64,000 nucleotides of DNA from Haliotis rubra. Its lineage: Eukaryota. The notes under the pieces are model-generated. The model was not told where the DNA came from and made no database searches. It saw only the letters and a list, made by a program, of their open reading frames with translations. The DNA is taken from NCBI RefSeq assembly GCF_003918875.1, contig NW_025764926.1:744001-808000 (forward strand), read 5' to 3'. Each line of letters opens with the position of its first letter. The first letter of the stretch is position 1. The position numbers and the translations under genes are program-made. Shown here piece by piece: positions 23,551-36,103 of the stretch.

Positions 23551-23843
23551 TTATGCCTGATACCCAGCGTTCACACGCACTTGCACCTGAAACCAAGGTG
23601 CTCACTACCCTAATATTTTGCTCCAGCCTTTTCTCCACGTTTACACTTGGTTGGAAAAATACCAATGAAGGCCCGGGTTAGAATATTGAACTTCAGTAAC
23701 CCATGCTTGTCGTAAGAGGCCACTAACAGGATCGGGTGGTCAGGCTCGCTGACTTGGTTGACACATGTCATCGGTTCCCAACTGCGCAGATCGATGCTCA
23801 TGCTGTTGATCACTGGATTGTCTGGTCCAGACTCGATTATTTA

Positions 23844-23909
23844 TAGCTAAGATACATAGCGTTAACTAACATGAACTCTCATGTTAGTGAACGCTATGCA
23901 TCTTAGTTA
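23844..23909. mobile_element. 66-bp foldback mini-element with a 9-bp TSD, inside a SINE-B
   Basis: 31-bp arms (3 mismatches), 4-nt loop, TSD gattattta at 23835-43 and 23910-18. Confidence 0.8.
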
Positions 23910-25774
23910 GATTATTTACAGACCGCCGCCATATAGCTTGACTATTGCTGAGTGCGGCGTAAATCTAAACTCACTCACTCAGTTGGTTCGTAAACTACTT
24001 CCATCATTTGCTAGACTATGCAAAGGGAGATAACTCGTGCCTCGCATTCCTCTATCTCTCGCACGAAAGAGTTTCGATCTAAGCTTGGATCGGATCGTAA
24101 GATCGGGACCCGCTACAATCGGCCTAAAATCGGTTAGTGGAACGGGTGTAACTTTTAGCTAAGACCATTGTAAAATTGGCGTAACTTGCTAAGATTGATC
24201 TTAGATAAGATCGGTTAGTGGAACGGCACCCTGGAATGGTCTCGAAACGTTGTGAGAGAAGTTAAAAAAGAAGTTTAATCCATAAAAATATCTTGGACAA
24301 GTAATAACCTCTTAACACAGCACCAGGATATATAATATATATAGCAACAGGCTGTATGTAGCTGAATGGCCTGACTTACAACCTCGTCCCCTCTCTAACG
24401 CGCTGTATATTGAGAACCAGACGGAATGTGTTGTCATTAATCTTGCCGCCGTAAACACGTTTTCTTTGAAGACTCCTCTGAGAGATGGAATGTAAGTATC
24501 GTTGAAGTGCAAATGTGAAAACTTAAAATCTTCTGCTTAAGATTGCTAAACTTCTCCCGAATACCACTTGTCTGCCATGTTTGGAGGTTTTCTTACCACG
24601 CGATCAAAGCGGTGCTATCTATGCTTGGTAAAGTAGTCCTTCAAGCGCAGATACAGATTTCAAAACCCCTGCTAACACAAGTTGTTTGTTTTTTTTCGTT
24701 GTTGTTTTCTGACACAAACGGATATTTGGGTGCACACATTATAATTTATTGTTTCACAGTGTTAGTTAGCCTTGCGAACGGGATGAAAAAATACTTTAGC
24801 TCTTAAGTTTCAAAATATGGATGTTGCTTCGTTTCAATATTCACGTATATCTAACTCATACTACCAACAAATAAGTTCGATGTTAATGACGTGGCATGAA
24901 GCAGATTTATCTCCTAAACGTAAGATTGCCCATCTGTTACCCACAAACAGACGCACTGAGTTGGGTAGTGGCATAACGATGAGGCACAACTTAAAATCTC
25001 ATTAATGTTCTAGAACATTACATAATGGCTTCTTTCTGTGCTTGATGACGCTACCGACATTCACACGGATTACATATACACTGTACACGGAATAATATAA
25101 TTTTGCCCATGCTCCGCTCCCAGATGCCAAAAGATGCCATTAGATCATATGATGTATGTTATTTGCCTGCAACAGTTTGTTTATCGAATTTCCTTGGCAA
25201 ATTATTTCAAAATGAATTGCAATAAAATACATATTACTTCCTTTAGCATGATGAAAGTAGTGTTGTGTGATTACATAAAAGTGTCTGCAAGCATTTTTAT
25301 ATCTTACGCTTAAACGTTATAGGTTTTACCAGCCGGCTAAAAGACGTTCTGATATTACGCATGTGCGGCATTTGGTAGCGGTGTAAGTGCTCATTACGAT
25401 GGAAGTGCTCTGGAAGTAGGTAGCCTCTGTGAGCAGTTAGACCCCATCTGCCACGGATCGCTTGTGTTAGATTCGATCTCGATGCCTCTTCCCATGCCGT
25501 GAGGGATGTCCCAGTCTGGTTACTGTTGAAACTATATATCGCAGCGGGGGACGCCAAGATTGTATCGGGCTTCACAGCTGTGATAGAGTCGAACTGGGCA
25601 ACGTGCCTGAGGAGAGACTGTTCTTACCACATGGCTACGGCACCGCCCTCAATTAGTGAAGAATGATACCAGATGTACTGCGTACTAGCGTTTTAAGGAT
25701 AGGACTTCTTATCTGGAGTTCGAATCTCGAGCATCCTGGCTTCGGTCATCATCTCACGAAATCTGAACATAGGA

Positions 25775-25990
25775 ACCCGTGAAGATCCGGGTTAGAATTG
25801 GTCTCCAGTAACCCATGCTTGTCGTAAGAGGCGACTAACGGGATCAGGTGATCGCTGACTTGGTTGATACATGTCATCGTATCCCAGCTGCGTAGATCGA
25901 TGCTCATGCTGTTAGTCAGTCTTCCCATACTCAACAAACCGAGCGCCATATAGCTGGACTATTCTGAGTGCGGCGTTAAACATCAAACAA
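25775..25990 (+). mobile_element. SINE-B copy
   Basis: Begins acccgtgaagatccgggttag; ends gcggcgttaaac. Confidence 0.85.
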
Positions 25991-26599
25991 CCTGGACCTA
26001 GGTGGCACAGTTCTGTTTCCAGAGTTGCATCCTTCAAAAACTGTGATCATGGGTTCGAATCCAATATTAGCCCTGATTATGTTTTAGGTCTGTAACCATA
26101 CCCTTGCTCGTGGGTTCCACCAAAAAGTTGATATAATCCTTAACCAAATGTGTATGGCATTTGATTTCAAAACCATTGTTTTGTTCCGGGTTTTTTAAAA
26201 CTTTTTCAGTTTCCGGTTAGAATTTGGCGGCCATCTTGGATTTTTAGCTAAAATTAGCTTTCGCAATAATATTCAGATGGGAACCAAACAATTTCTTCAA
26301 CTCCTTTAAGTAATGAACATAAAAGAATATATGCTTTGCGTTCATCAAAGGACTTTCACGGAATTCCATAAGCTACTTGACTATAAATGTCAATGATAAA
26401 AACAAGAGCCTATTTACACTTTCCTCCCATATTAAGCTGGCACACCGTGATATGACTCGATATTCTTTTTGAAATCGGCGATAAACAAACTTCACAATCT
26501 TACTCAAATTGGAAACAAATTCATTATTACAGCATTGTGTATCCCTATGCCAATGGCTGCTCTCCAATCATTTGTTTGTACAACCACGCGTGAAATTAG

Positions 26600-27200
26600 T
26601 TTGTCATGGCCACTGCCGTGATGAATGAAACTGGTATCCTACATGGAATCTGCAATCGTAAAGCCTATCACCTTACACCAGATATCTAAAGACAGGATGC
26701 AGTCGTAGTGCCATATACATACGGGTTGTAGGTTGAGAATGCGCAATCTTCTTTCCTCATTTCGGTGTTTGGGATTTCGGAAGACAGAAGCCCAGTTTTC
26801 AATAGCATTACTCAGGTCAACGTGACCATTCACACATATTTCCCCTCTACACTTTCACCTTTAAGGTCAAGGGGTCGAACTGTGCATTCAGGGAGACTGG
26901 AAACAATACCTAGACATTCCTGTTTGTCCCCCTACATTTTATTCCTTCTCTCAGATGGATCACCGTGACCCGTCTAAACCTCACGCTGGGCTGTAACCCA
27001 AATCTTTTCTCAAGACACATGAATCCATCAAATGTTGCACATGTGCTGTTGTCAAGGTAACATTGGGACCGACTGACGTAATGAATGGAATTGGTTTATA
27101 TCTGATTGACTTAAGATGTAATTTTACGTGATCCATTCCAGACCCCATCCTCTTATCTGAATTACAATGATACATCATCTCCCCAAAACGATTCACAACG
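26600..27200 (-). mobile_element. Degenerate CR1-like LINE ORF2 fragment
   Basis: EERRLRILNLQ resembles the CR1 YEERL..LNL motif; heavily decayed. Confidence 0.4.
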
Positions 27201-27573
27201 ATAACGCCCAAACCCCAAGCTCGCTTTTGAATTAATTAAAACAAATCAAATATTATTATGATATACACTCATAAGGTATGACTTCATGTACCGTACAAAA
27301 GCGAAAGAACAGAGGGGTAGCTTCAGTGATTAAAGTACTGAATAATCTCACAAAAAGCCCTGGGTTCGATTCCACACATGGGGGCCTATTTCTGGTTTCC
27401 GCTGCAATGCTTTTCCTAGAGTATAGCTGAAACTCTACCCACTATCAAAGATAGTCCCGCATGATGCGAGTTGCATTTACACAATGTTTAATATTAAAAC
27501 TTGAAGCATTCATAAGTCAAGATAAAATTTTCCCAAATCTAATTTAGCCAAGTTTAATTTATCTAATTTAACA

Positions 27574-27576
<3 letters not shown>

Positions 27577-27610
<34 letters not shown>

Positions 27611-27625
27611 AGAGAGAGAGAGAGA
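27577..27625. repeat. (GT)n(GA)n compound microsatellite
   Basis: Direct reading. Confidence 0.95.
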
Positions 27626-28666
27626 GGTCCGATTAAAATAAACATATCACAATTATTTCCCCGAGTCCTTAAAACGGCAGAGGGGGAAGGGTCCTTCTGA
27701 AATATATAGTTATATTACAACTATTTGAAAAAAATGTTTTTATAGAACAAGTGTTAGACAAACATACTACATAATCTTACTCACTTTTCAACTCTCACTG
27801 CTGATGAAAATTACCGCCAATGCGTGATAGTATACGGTTTAACTAAGTTGTCAGTGTATGTATGCTATCATGTATGTTTGAGACAACATTGTATTCCCAT
27901 GCAGCTTATACTATATTATTAAAACTGACCATATTTTTTAATATTTAGTGTTGTCTTATTTAACATGATGACTCATGCTGAATGCGGCCACCGGTATTTC
28001 CAAGCGGTATTTTGTGCAATGGTCTGTTTAGCATCCTGTATTCGGAAAAGGAGATGGCTGAGGTGGTCATTTTGGAGTGAGTGTGAGAGTGAGTGTGTTG
28101 GGTTTAACGCCTCCCTGAACAGATATTTAAGAGATACAAGTACAAACAGTTCCATCCCACCCGTGAAGGTCCGGGTTAGAATGTACCTTCAGCAACCCTT
28201 ACTAACGGGATCGGGTGGTCAGGCTCGCTGGCTTGGTTGACACATGCCATCGGTTCCCAATTGCGCAGATCGATGCTCATGCTGTTGATCACTGGATTGT
28301 CTGGTCCAGAATCGACTATTTACAGACCGCCGCCATATAGCTGGAATATTGCTGAGTGCGGCGTAAAACTAACTGACTGACTGAGTTTGGTTTTACGCCG
28401 CTTTTAGCAATATTCCAGCAACATCACGGCGGGGGACACCAGAAATGGGCTTCACACATTGTACCCATGTGGGGATTCGAACCCGGGTCTTTGGCGTGAC
28501 GAGCCAACGTTTTAACCACTAGGCTACCCCACCGCCCCGGCGTAAAACTAAACTCACTCACTCACAATCAGTTCAGTATGTGAGTAGCGCATGTCTTAAA
28601 AGGCTATCACTACGTTAAACGGGTATGCGTTTGGTGCTGGCATACCATTGCTCCAAATCGGGAGTC

Positions 28667-28829
28667 GGGCGGTGGGGTAGCCTTGTGGTTAAAGCGTTCG
28701 CCCGTCACGCCGAAGACCCGGGTTCGATTCCCCACATGGGTACAATGTGTGGAGCCCATTTCTGGTGTTCCCCGCCGTGATATTGCTGGAATATTGCTAA
28801 AAGCGGCGTAAAACGAAAGTCACTCACTC
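28667..28829 (+). mobile_element. SINE-A copy
   Basis: Near-consensus head and tail; flanked by ccaaatcggg direct repeats. Confidence 0.9.
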
Positions 28830-29905
28830 CCAAATCGGGTTTCAAGTCTTTCGACCCCAAAGCCAGCGGATCCTGAGGTCGCGGAATCTGAGTAATGAAG
28901 TCTACGAGTATGAAGTACTGACTGTATAAACAAATTCCATATTTTGTAATTAACAAATTTGATATTACGTTCTGTTTCATTTAAGAAATATGTGCTTAGC
29001 ATAACATAAAAAGAAACAGATCAATAAAAATGAATGGAATTATATTCACACGTTATTGCACCTTTTGTTGTTACGTTTTTCTCGCTTTTCTCACTTAAAT
29101 ACACCTTATTTACAAGGTTATAGAAAACATGTAGCCAAGAAATGCTTCCTACCACAAGTATTTGTCGTATGTTTAAGCGTATCATTTAACCGGCTGCAGT
29201 AATCCTGGCCAAACATCCAGCTCTCCTCAATGTGGAGTTCCCCCATTGTACGGCGTCCAGACCGCATCTATTTATTCTCCGGCACGTGATGATGCAGCTA
29301 AGTGTATACTCAGTGAATGTGTCAGAATGAATGCCTCATTGTTTACATGGCCGTCACAACACCCCCACCCACACCGACGCCATCTTCAACAGCTCCCAAA
29401 CAGCTTCATGCAGATGACTAATGGAGACGACCTATCGCTCCGTCCGAAATACTTGCACGAAAGATACTTGCACGGTAGGATTCGCTATATCTGGATGCAC
29501 GAAATGGATATACGGGAAGCTACGGTTATAACGAACTCAAAGAGAACACTAGTTTTAGTTCGTTAGAACCGTAGTGCGCTATACATATTTCGACTTGGTA
29601 TATAGTAAACTACGGTTCTAACGAACTCAAAGAGAACACAAGTTTTAGTTCGTTAGAACCGTAGTGCACTGTACGTATTTCTATTGAAATGTACAGCAAA
29701 TGGTCAGTACCCACAAACTGTTCGTTATATCCGTCAGTTCGTATAAGCCTGTTCCTTCTAAACGTTGTTGGCTGTACTCGTATTAGTATTTCATTTGCAA
29801 TTCATGTACGAGACACCAACAACCTTGTTTCACGCCCATACAGTAGCGTGTATTCTAGAGGAGGGACCCCCAACACCAGACTAATGAGTGATGTGTTTAC
29901 TATAG

Positions 29906-30659
29906 TAGCCTTGCTCCAAGACTGTACTGAATGCTAAACCCATGGATGTATAGATTCTATCCTTTAAAGAGGCATGTCTAGATTAGCGGACAGTACATCA
30001 AAGGGCGCCAATCTGTTCGAGGAATATTTATATTTTTAAGAAATGTTCATTTAAACTATCAATTATTACGTTAGAGACTTGTGCCAGTCTGCTAATGGAG
30101 GTGCGAACCTCGGAAGAGGACAAGTAAGTATTTACTACCGGACTATGAACCCATGGGGTCTTGGAGTTCAGGAAACAGTCGCTGCCCATACTTCCGGTTA
30201 TCTGCATAGAGTAACAAATAACGCTGTGAAGCAGGCAGCGGGGGCAGTCAACCTTATCACAATAATATGCGTCCATATGTACAACTTTAAGCAAATATAA
30301 AAGATCTCTAGATTGTCCTAGGTCATTATTATATACATTTGTATTATCACATTTTTTTGTTACTCTGATTCATTATATATCTTGTTTATGTAGTTTATAG
30401 AATATTGTCACTGTTTCTGCATGGAACGTATGCGCAATAAATATCTTATCTTATCTATCAAAGACCTAGCCTTGCGCCAAGGCTGTACTGAAGGCTAAGC
30501 CCATGGATGTATAGTAAGTCTATCCTTAAAGAGGGAAGTCTAGATAAGCGTACAGTGTTAGGACGCAAGCCTGTTAGAGGGATATTAACATTTTTAAGAA
30601 ATTATCATTTAAACTATTAATTATTACCTTAGAGTCTTGTGCAAGTCTATCAAAGACCA
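29906..30659. repeat. ~195-bp tandem dimer split by a LINE fragment
   Basis: tagccttgc.ccaag...gtgc.agtct|atcaaagacc occurs twice; the first copy is interrupted at 30091-30456. Confidence 0.7.
30091..30456 (+). mobile_element. 5'-truncated LINE 3' end, same family as 40400-41000
   Basis: Shares tagtttatagaatattg...caataaatatc with 40915-40971 and ends in a (CTTAT)n tail. Confidence 0.6.
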
Positions 30660-31384
30660 TATACCGGCATATGGTCTCCGTAAAACGAGAGTAGTTACAC
30701 TGGCTGTAGAGTGGGAAGAGTACTGGGATGGTCGTGGGTTCGAATCTCAAATTTACCGTTATTATCTTTCTGTGTTTGTCAGCGCCATTACTATGGTGTT
30801 GGGTCTCACCAATGTGATACGAGTCGAAGACCTACACCACTGCAGGCTTTCCCCATAGCAAGCTGACACACCGTGATATAAATCAAATATTGTCCATCAT
30901 CGATAAAACAACCCCCTCACTTACTCCACATGTGGTCACATATGTGGCATACTTCCTTATTCATTTTAACTGTCTGTATCACATAATATACGTCGGAAGT
31001 CTGTAAATAAATAATTTAAAGCCGGAAAAAATTGCTGATAATTTTAAACCGTGACTAGTTCAGAAGAATTACTTGGACACATGTCCGTCTTATGCCGTCA
31101 CGTGGATGTACGGTAATACTCTGTACGGGAACGGTGAGCACGTTGTGGGCTATTATTAGCCTATAGTAAACGTATGGAGCACTAGCTGGACCCCGTGTTG
31201 GGAAATGTCAAGTTCATGAGATCGAGCATGAGAGACTGTTTATAGCATCGTTGTTCGCCGACGTTGTACAACACACCCAAAACACATCCAGCTTATTATA
31301 ACAATGACGTGCGACATGGCGGTTGTGGGAAAAGTTAATTTAGTACAGCCGATACTGTATGAGATCTCGCGTTTTTGTAATGTA

Positions 31385-31546
31385 GTGAGTGAGTTTGGTT
31401 TTACGCCGCTTTTAGCAATATTCCAGCAATATCACGGCGGGGGACACCAGAAATGAGCTTCACACATTGTACCCATGTGGGGAATCGAACCCGGGTCTTC
31501 GGCGTGACGAGCGAACGCTTTAACCATCAGGCTACCCCACCGCCCC
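31385..31546 (-). mobile_element. SINE-A copy
   Basis: Near-consensus; TSD ttgtaatgta. Confidence 0.9.
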
Positions 31547-31554
31547 TATTGTAA

Positions 31555-31975
31555 TGTAAGTGGTGAGACGTTATCATATGTAGTGAAACGTCATCATATG
31601 TAGTGAAACGTCATCATATGTGACACGTCATCATATGTGTCGAGACGTCATTATATGTGGTGAGAGGTTATATGTGAGACATGCAGTTACAATATGTGAT
31701 AAGACGTTATCATTTGCAGTAGGACACTATCATTTGCAGTAAGACGTTACAATATGTGATACGACGTTACTATATACGATAAGACCTTATCCTATGCGAT
31801 AAGACTTTACAATACAATGTATGTGATAGGACGTTATACGTTGAAACGTTATCATTTGCAGTATACGACGTTATTATATCCGGTGAGACGTCATTATATG
31901 TGGTGAGGCGTCACGATATGCGATGAGACATTATCTCATATGTGGTGAGACATTCTCATATGTGCGGTGCGAGAC
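31555..31975. repeat. Degenerate ~22-bp tandem repeat (gagacgt.atcatatgtggt)
   Basis: Direct reading. Confidence 0.7.
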
Positions 31976-32797
31976 ATGAAGTGGCTATAAACCAAGGGGA
32001 AAATATACATACACGTAGTTATATGTTTCAAAATTATTGTATTTATAATGTAATTGACAGTGGGAAGAACTGTTGTTGAAAATGAATATTTATCTTTTTT
32101 TTCCTGCAACTGTTTGTAAAAAGCAATCTGTGGCTGGGAATTTTGTTTAAAAATTAAATGGTTTAATGACGACTGGGAAGAAATGAATTGGCTTCCACAT
32201 GGCCCATACCAGGTTTGAAATGTTGTAAACTTGTACAGACTAAAAGCAAATACATTGACTTTCCAAAGACAATATTCTGAAATACTTTCAAGCAGTTGGG
32301 TATCATGCGAACAAAATGTTTTTGGAAAGTTTGAAGTCCAATTGTATTTTATAATAGCACACAGAAGTTTTCTTTGAAGGCTGACAAAGCGCCAGTACAG
32401 TTTATTTCTTGTGAATAGTATCGCTAAGGTAACATATTTTCATCTTAAAAATTAAACAAAATTAAACACAGAGATAGAGGTTATTTTGCTCAGTTTATAA
32501 GTGATAAGAACTAATCATACAGGCGATAACACATCATAAAATACGAGATAGGTCGTTACTACACGCGATACCCGTTTCTAGATATTCGACAATATGATAT
32601 CTTAGGGCGTTACTTTATGGGATAAGACATGACATTACACGATTACAAGTTACGTGATATGTCATAAACTGTTAACAGGTTGTAGCTCCCTGAGAGATAC
32701 ATGTGCACAGCAATAATTCCGTGAACTATGTTAGCAGATTTAACAGCCAGCATGTTTCCAGTCAAAACATGTATACACATGTAGACATAGAAAGTAC

Positions 32798-32957
32798 TAA
32801 TCTGTCTCACAGTCCCTGAACCACATTATTTTCCCCACTGCCTAGCCCTCCCTGCAATGCTATAGCCCTCAGGCTTTGACTTTCCCTTCTGTACTGGGCC
32901 TCCTTTTCAGTGTTAATGGGCTTGTTATTATCAAAATTATATATATTCACAGACTAA
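32798..32957. mobile_element. Short dispersed MITE-like repeat (other copies at 58694-58873 and, partially, 62630-62715)
   Basis: Shared tctgtctcacagtccctgaacc...tcaaaattatatatattca.agacta; TAGTCT/AGACTA ends in the 58.7-kb copy. Confidence 0.6.
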
Positions 32958-34056
32958 GCGATAGTCAAAGAAAGTACAAGTCATGGTGGCTAAAACCGAA
33001 ACCAGAAATTGTTACTCAATAGTGACGTGCGTGTTTTGGACCTTAGGTTTGCAGTGCTTTAGGTACTGTTTCAGCCTAGTGACGTTTACATACAGTTCAC
33101 TTTGTAATTCTTCGAATTCTAGTTTTCAAGTGTATACTTTCTTTTGCCCCTCGGCATATATTTCATAAGCCTACTATATTTTTACCTTAACTTTGCAATA
33201 ATTCATGGTTTCAGGGACTGTTATCAACGTTGTAAAGTTTATCAGTTGATCAGTTTAGCAGTCTGTATTTGGTTATCAAATCAAGTTTTCAAACGTATGC
33301 TTTCGTTCTCCCTGCAGTTTATGTAGCCATTAAATCTGATCTGATTACATCAGCTCAAGCCAGTTAACACGACTTACTCCACACACTGATAAGTTTTTTC
33401 ATAAATTCCCTGCAAGGAACAGCCAATTCCGTGTTTTATACAACACTCTGCTGGCAGAGGCCCAGCAGAAGGATGACTGTCTCGATCGTGTAACGTGTCT
33501 GTCAATTCCCTGCTGACTTACATCCCTTCAAATAAACTGATAATAAACACCCGACTGAACAAATACACATGGAATATATCTCCCCTGCATCACTGACGTG
33601 CTTCATCCTGCGGTCTGGCTGCTGCAGACCGGCAAGCTGGACGAGCGTTCTACATCCACATTGGCAGTGTTACTGGCGCCAGTGGTGAAAGATGGATACA
33701 CAACCACCCAAGGCCTGTAGCTTGGGTTTGCTTTGTTTGTTGTTTTGCGCCGCACTCAGCAATATTCCAGCTAAAAGGTGGGTAAATAAGGAGTTTGAAC
33801 CAGACGAACCAGTGATCAACATCAGGATGCATCGATCTTTGCATTAGGGATGACCATGTTTCAATCAAGTCAGCGAACGCTTCTGTAGGACATGGGCGGT
33901 TGATGTTTTGTCTATGTATGATCAGGGACTATAGAATGAATTATTATCTATTTCATGGTCTCTTGCTGGATTCGTTATTTGACACGTACTAAATAGCTTA
34001 ATATTAATCGTCACTTCCTGCAGAACCCGGAAGACTTGAAAGTGTATTTGTCACAT

Positions 34057-34295
34057 CGGTGGTTCAAGGTCATTCGTCCCTAGGAGACTGAATGTCCTGT
34101 ACAAAAAAGGGATCGTCAGTTCCTTAAAACACGGAGGTCCAAGGTCATTTGTCACTAGGAGACAATGTCTTGTACAGAACAGAACATCGTCAGTTCTATA
34201 GAATACGGAGGTTCAAGGTCATTCGCCCCTGGGAGACTGAATGTCCTGTACAGAACAGAGCAACGTCACCCCCTGGAGAGCATGGAAGGGTCGAA
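34057..34295. repeat. ~70-75-bp tandem repeat, 3-4 copies
   Basis: cgg.ggt.caaggtcatt...ggagac..aatgtc.tgtac recurs at 34057, 34132 and 34206. Confidence 0.7.
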
Positions 34296-35821
34296 GGTGT
34301 ATTTCGTCTGTGTGTTATTTTGCATACCAGCGGTTCATTCGCCACGACAGGGCGTAGAGGGACAGAATGTCACACTCAAATGTCCCAAGATCAAAACGGT
34401 TTGAAAGTAGTTTTGAGGCCCGTTTTCGTCACATTCTCGTTTGAAGTTTATAGGTCACTGCAGATCACATTCTGTAGAACATATCTCTTTTCTTTTAAAA
34501 TAGTCTTTTCCCGAAAATGGTGAAAATAGTTTCTCCTCGGGTTCAGCTTTTTGCTGGTCAAACATGTTTTTATCCCCCATCCACCACAAACAACTCATCA
34601 AATATTGTCCGAACTCTTTTCATAACATACATACGAAACCACCTCAGCACCAACGATCTTCAACTGATATGGATAACCCGTTGCTTTAAACGTTTAAGAA
34701 ACATCCAAGGCATGAACAAGTTTATGCCTTATTCTAAACACCAACGTTTTAAAGGTCCGAATGCATAATGTTTACAAATATGAGCATGATCATTCTCTGC
34801 CCGCTTTATGAGACTGGAGTCTTGGGCGATGACTGGTTTATTTGAAAAATAGAACGTCGAAAGAAGGACTTGTTTACCAGCATATTACTTATAGGCGATT
34901 ATGATCCCGTGGCGTTCCGTTCTTCATGAAAGGGCTTTGAGATGTCTAGAATGCTCGGTTATTAGTTATTTGAAGTAAAAATCACATTCAAGACGTAAAC
35001 AGTGAACTTGAAACACCGCGTGAGATCAGCCTACACGGAAACAAACGTGCTCGTAAGCATTTCTTGACACTGGTTTACTGGCCAAGCTATTTTCGGTACC
35101 AAAAACTGCATTAGGTGACATAGAGAAAAAATATAACGGTATTTTGACAGATGTCTGGTGTTTTAATCGAGAACGAAACGCCTTTAAATCTCTCCACATC
35201 AGCAAACAGTGACGACAAACGCTTGGATCAAAGTAAATACAAAAATATGAATTGCAACGCGGAAATAATATTCTTTATTGGCAATTTACTGTTCATGAGA
35301 TGCGGCTTAAAGTTGCATATGATAATAAGAAACATCGTTCTTTTTTAATTGAATGCATGCGGTCCGGACATCACCTGGTGCATATACGGGGGTGTTATCG
35401 CGGTCGGTATCTCCTGGTAACTGACGCAGGGTTTGCTCCACATGTTTGAAGTTTTATCTGAGAATTTGGTAGCAAGTGAAAGCTCGATATTCTGCAGTTA
35501 GATATTACTTTTCGGTTTTCATATCTTATGTGCCATATTTTATCATTATGAAAAGGGTTGGATACCACTTATTACAACGTACAAGCCTTTTCACATGGAT
35601 TTATTATTATACTTATTTATACTATTTACAGTTTATAGATAAAATGGCTGGGTGGAAAGAGGAGAAATAAATAAGCGTACATTAACATTGCTCTCTACTT
35701 CATGTAAGTTAAAACAGATATACAGCTCGGACTTTATTGAGACTGTAGTCTGCAATGATATGATCACACAATTCTGCATAGTCTGTCTCCAAGACCTTAG
35801 ACAATAAATCATGGAGCCTAA

Positions 35822-36103
35822 CTCAAGTCTAGAATGTTTGACCAAGTCTAGAATGTTTGACTCAAGTCTAGAATGTTTGACCATGTCTAGAATGTTTGAC
35901 TCAAGTCTAGAATGTTTGACCATGTCTAGAATGTTTGACCATGTCTAGAATGCTTGACCATGTCTAGGTTGTTTAACTCAAGTCTAGAATGTTTGACCAT
36001 GTCTAGAATGTTTAACCATGTGTAGAATGTTTGACTCAAGTCTAAAATGTTTGACCATGTCTAGAATGTTTGACCATGTCTAGAATGTTTGACCATGTCT
36101 AGA
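35822..36103. repeat. 19/21-bp minisatellite (gtctagaatgtttgaccat)
   Basis: About 14 units. Confidence 0.9.

Larger units (their letters stand above)
22840..24230. mobile_element. PIF/Harbinger-like MITE
   Basis: 25-bp TIR ggtgccgttccactaaccgatctta, repeated subterminally; 3-bp TSD CTG (22837-39, 24231-33); the opposite palindrome arm shows the empty site. Confidence 0.82.
22511..24298. mobile_element. Palindromic Penelope-like (inverted pLTR-type) non-autonomous element with minimal hammerhead cores, interrupted by nested insertions
   Basis: ~168-bp inverted arms (22547-22714 vs 22736-22839 + 24234-24299); flanking direct repeat aagtaataacct (22499-510, 24299-310); CAC-CTGATGA-A-GGGACC..GGTCTC-GAAAC-GTT-GTG. 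Confidence 0.8.

Noticed and set aside
28667-28740. tRNA-Asp-like gene (GTC anticodon-like loop, A and B boxes)
   Set aside because: No acceptor stem, followed by the SINE body and tail, multi-copy with TSDs; it is a SINE head.
29150-29420. Possible DIRS gag-like fragment on the minus strand (ELHIEESWMFGQD)
   Set aside because: Too short and degenerate to call without a search.
33532-33714. Possible minus-strand exon (CAG acceptor, GTAAGT donor)
   Set aside because: No recognisable protein similarity and its phase does not join the TGase exon at 8829; it may be UTR or non-coding but is unsupported.
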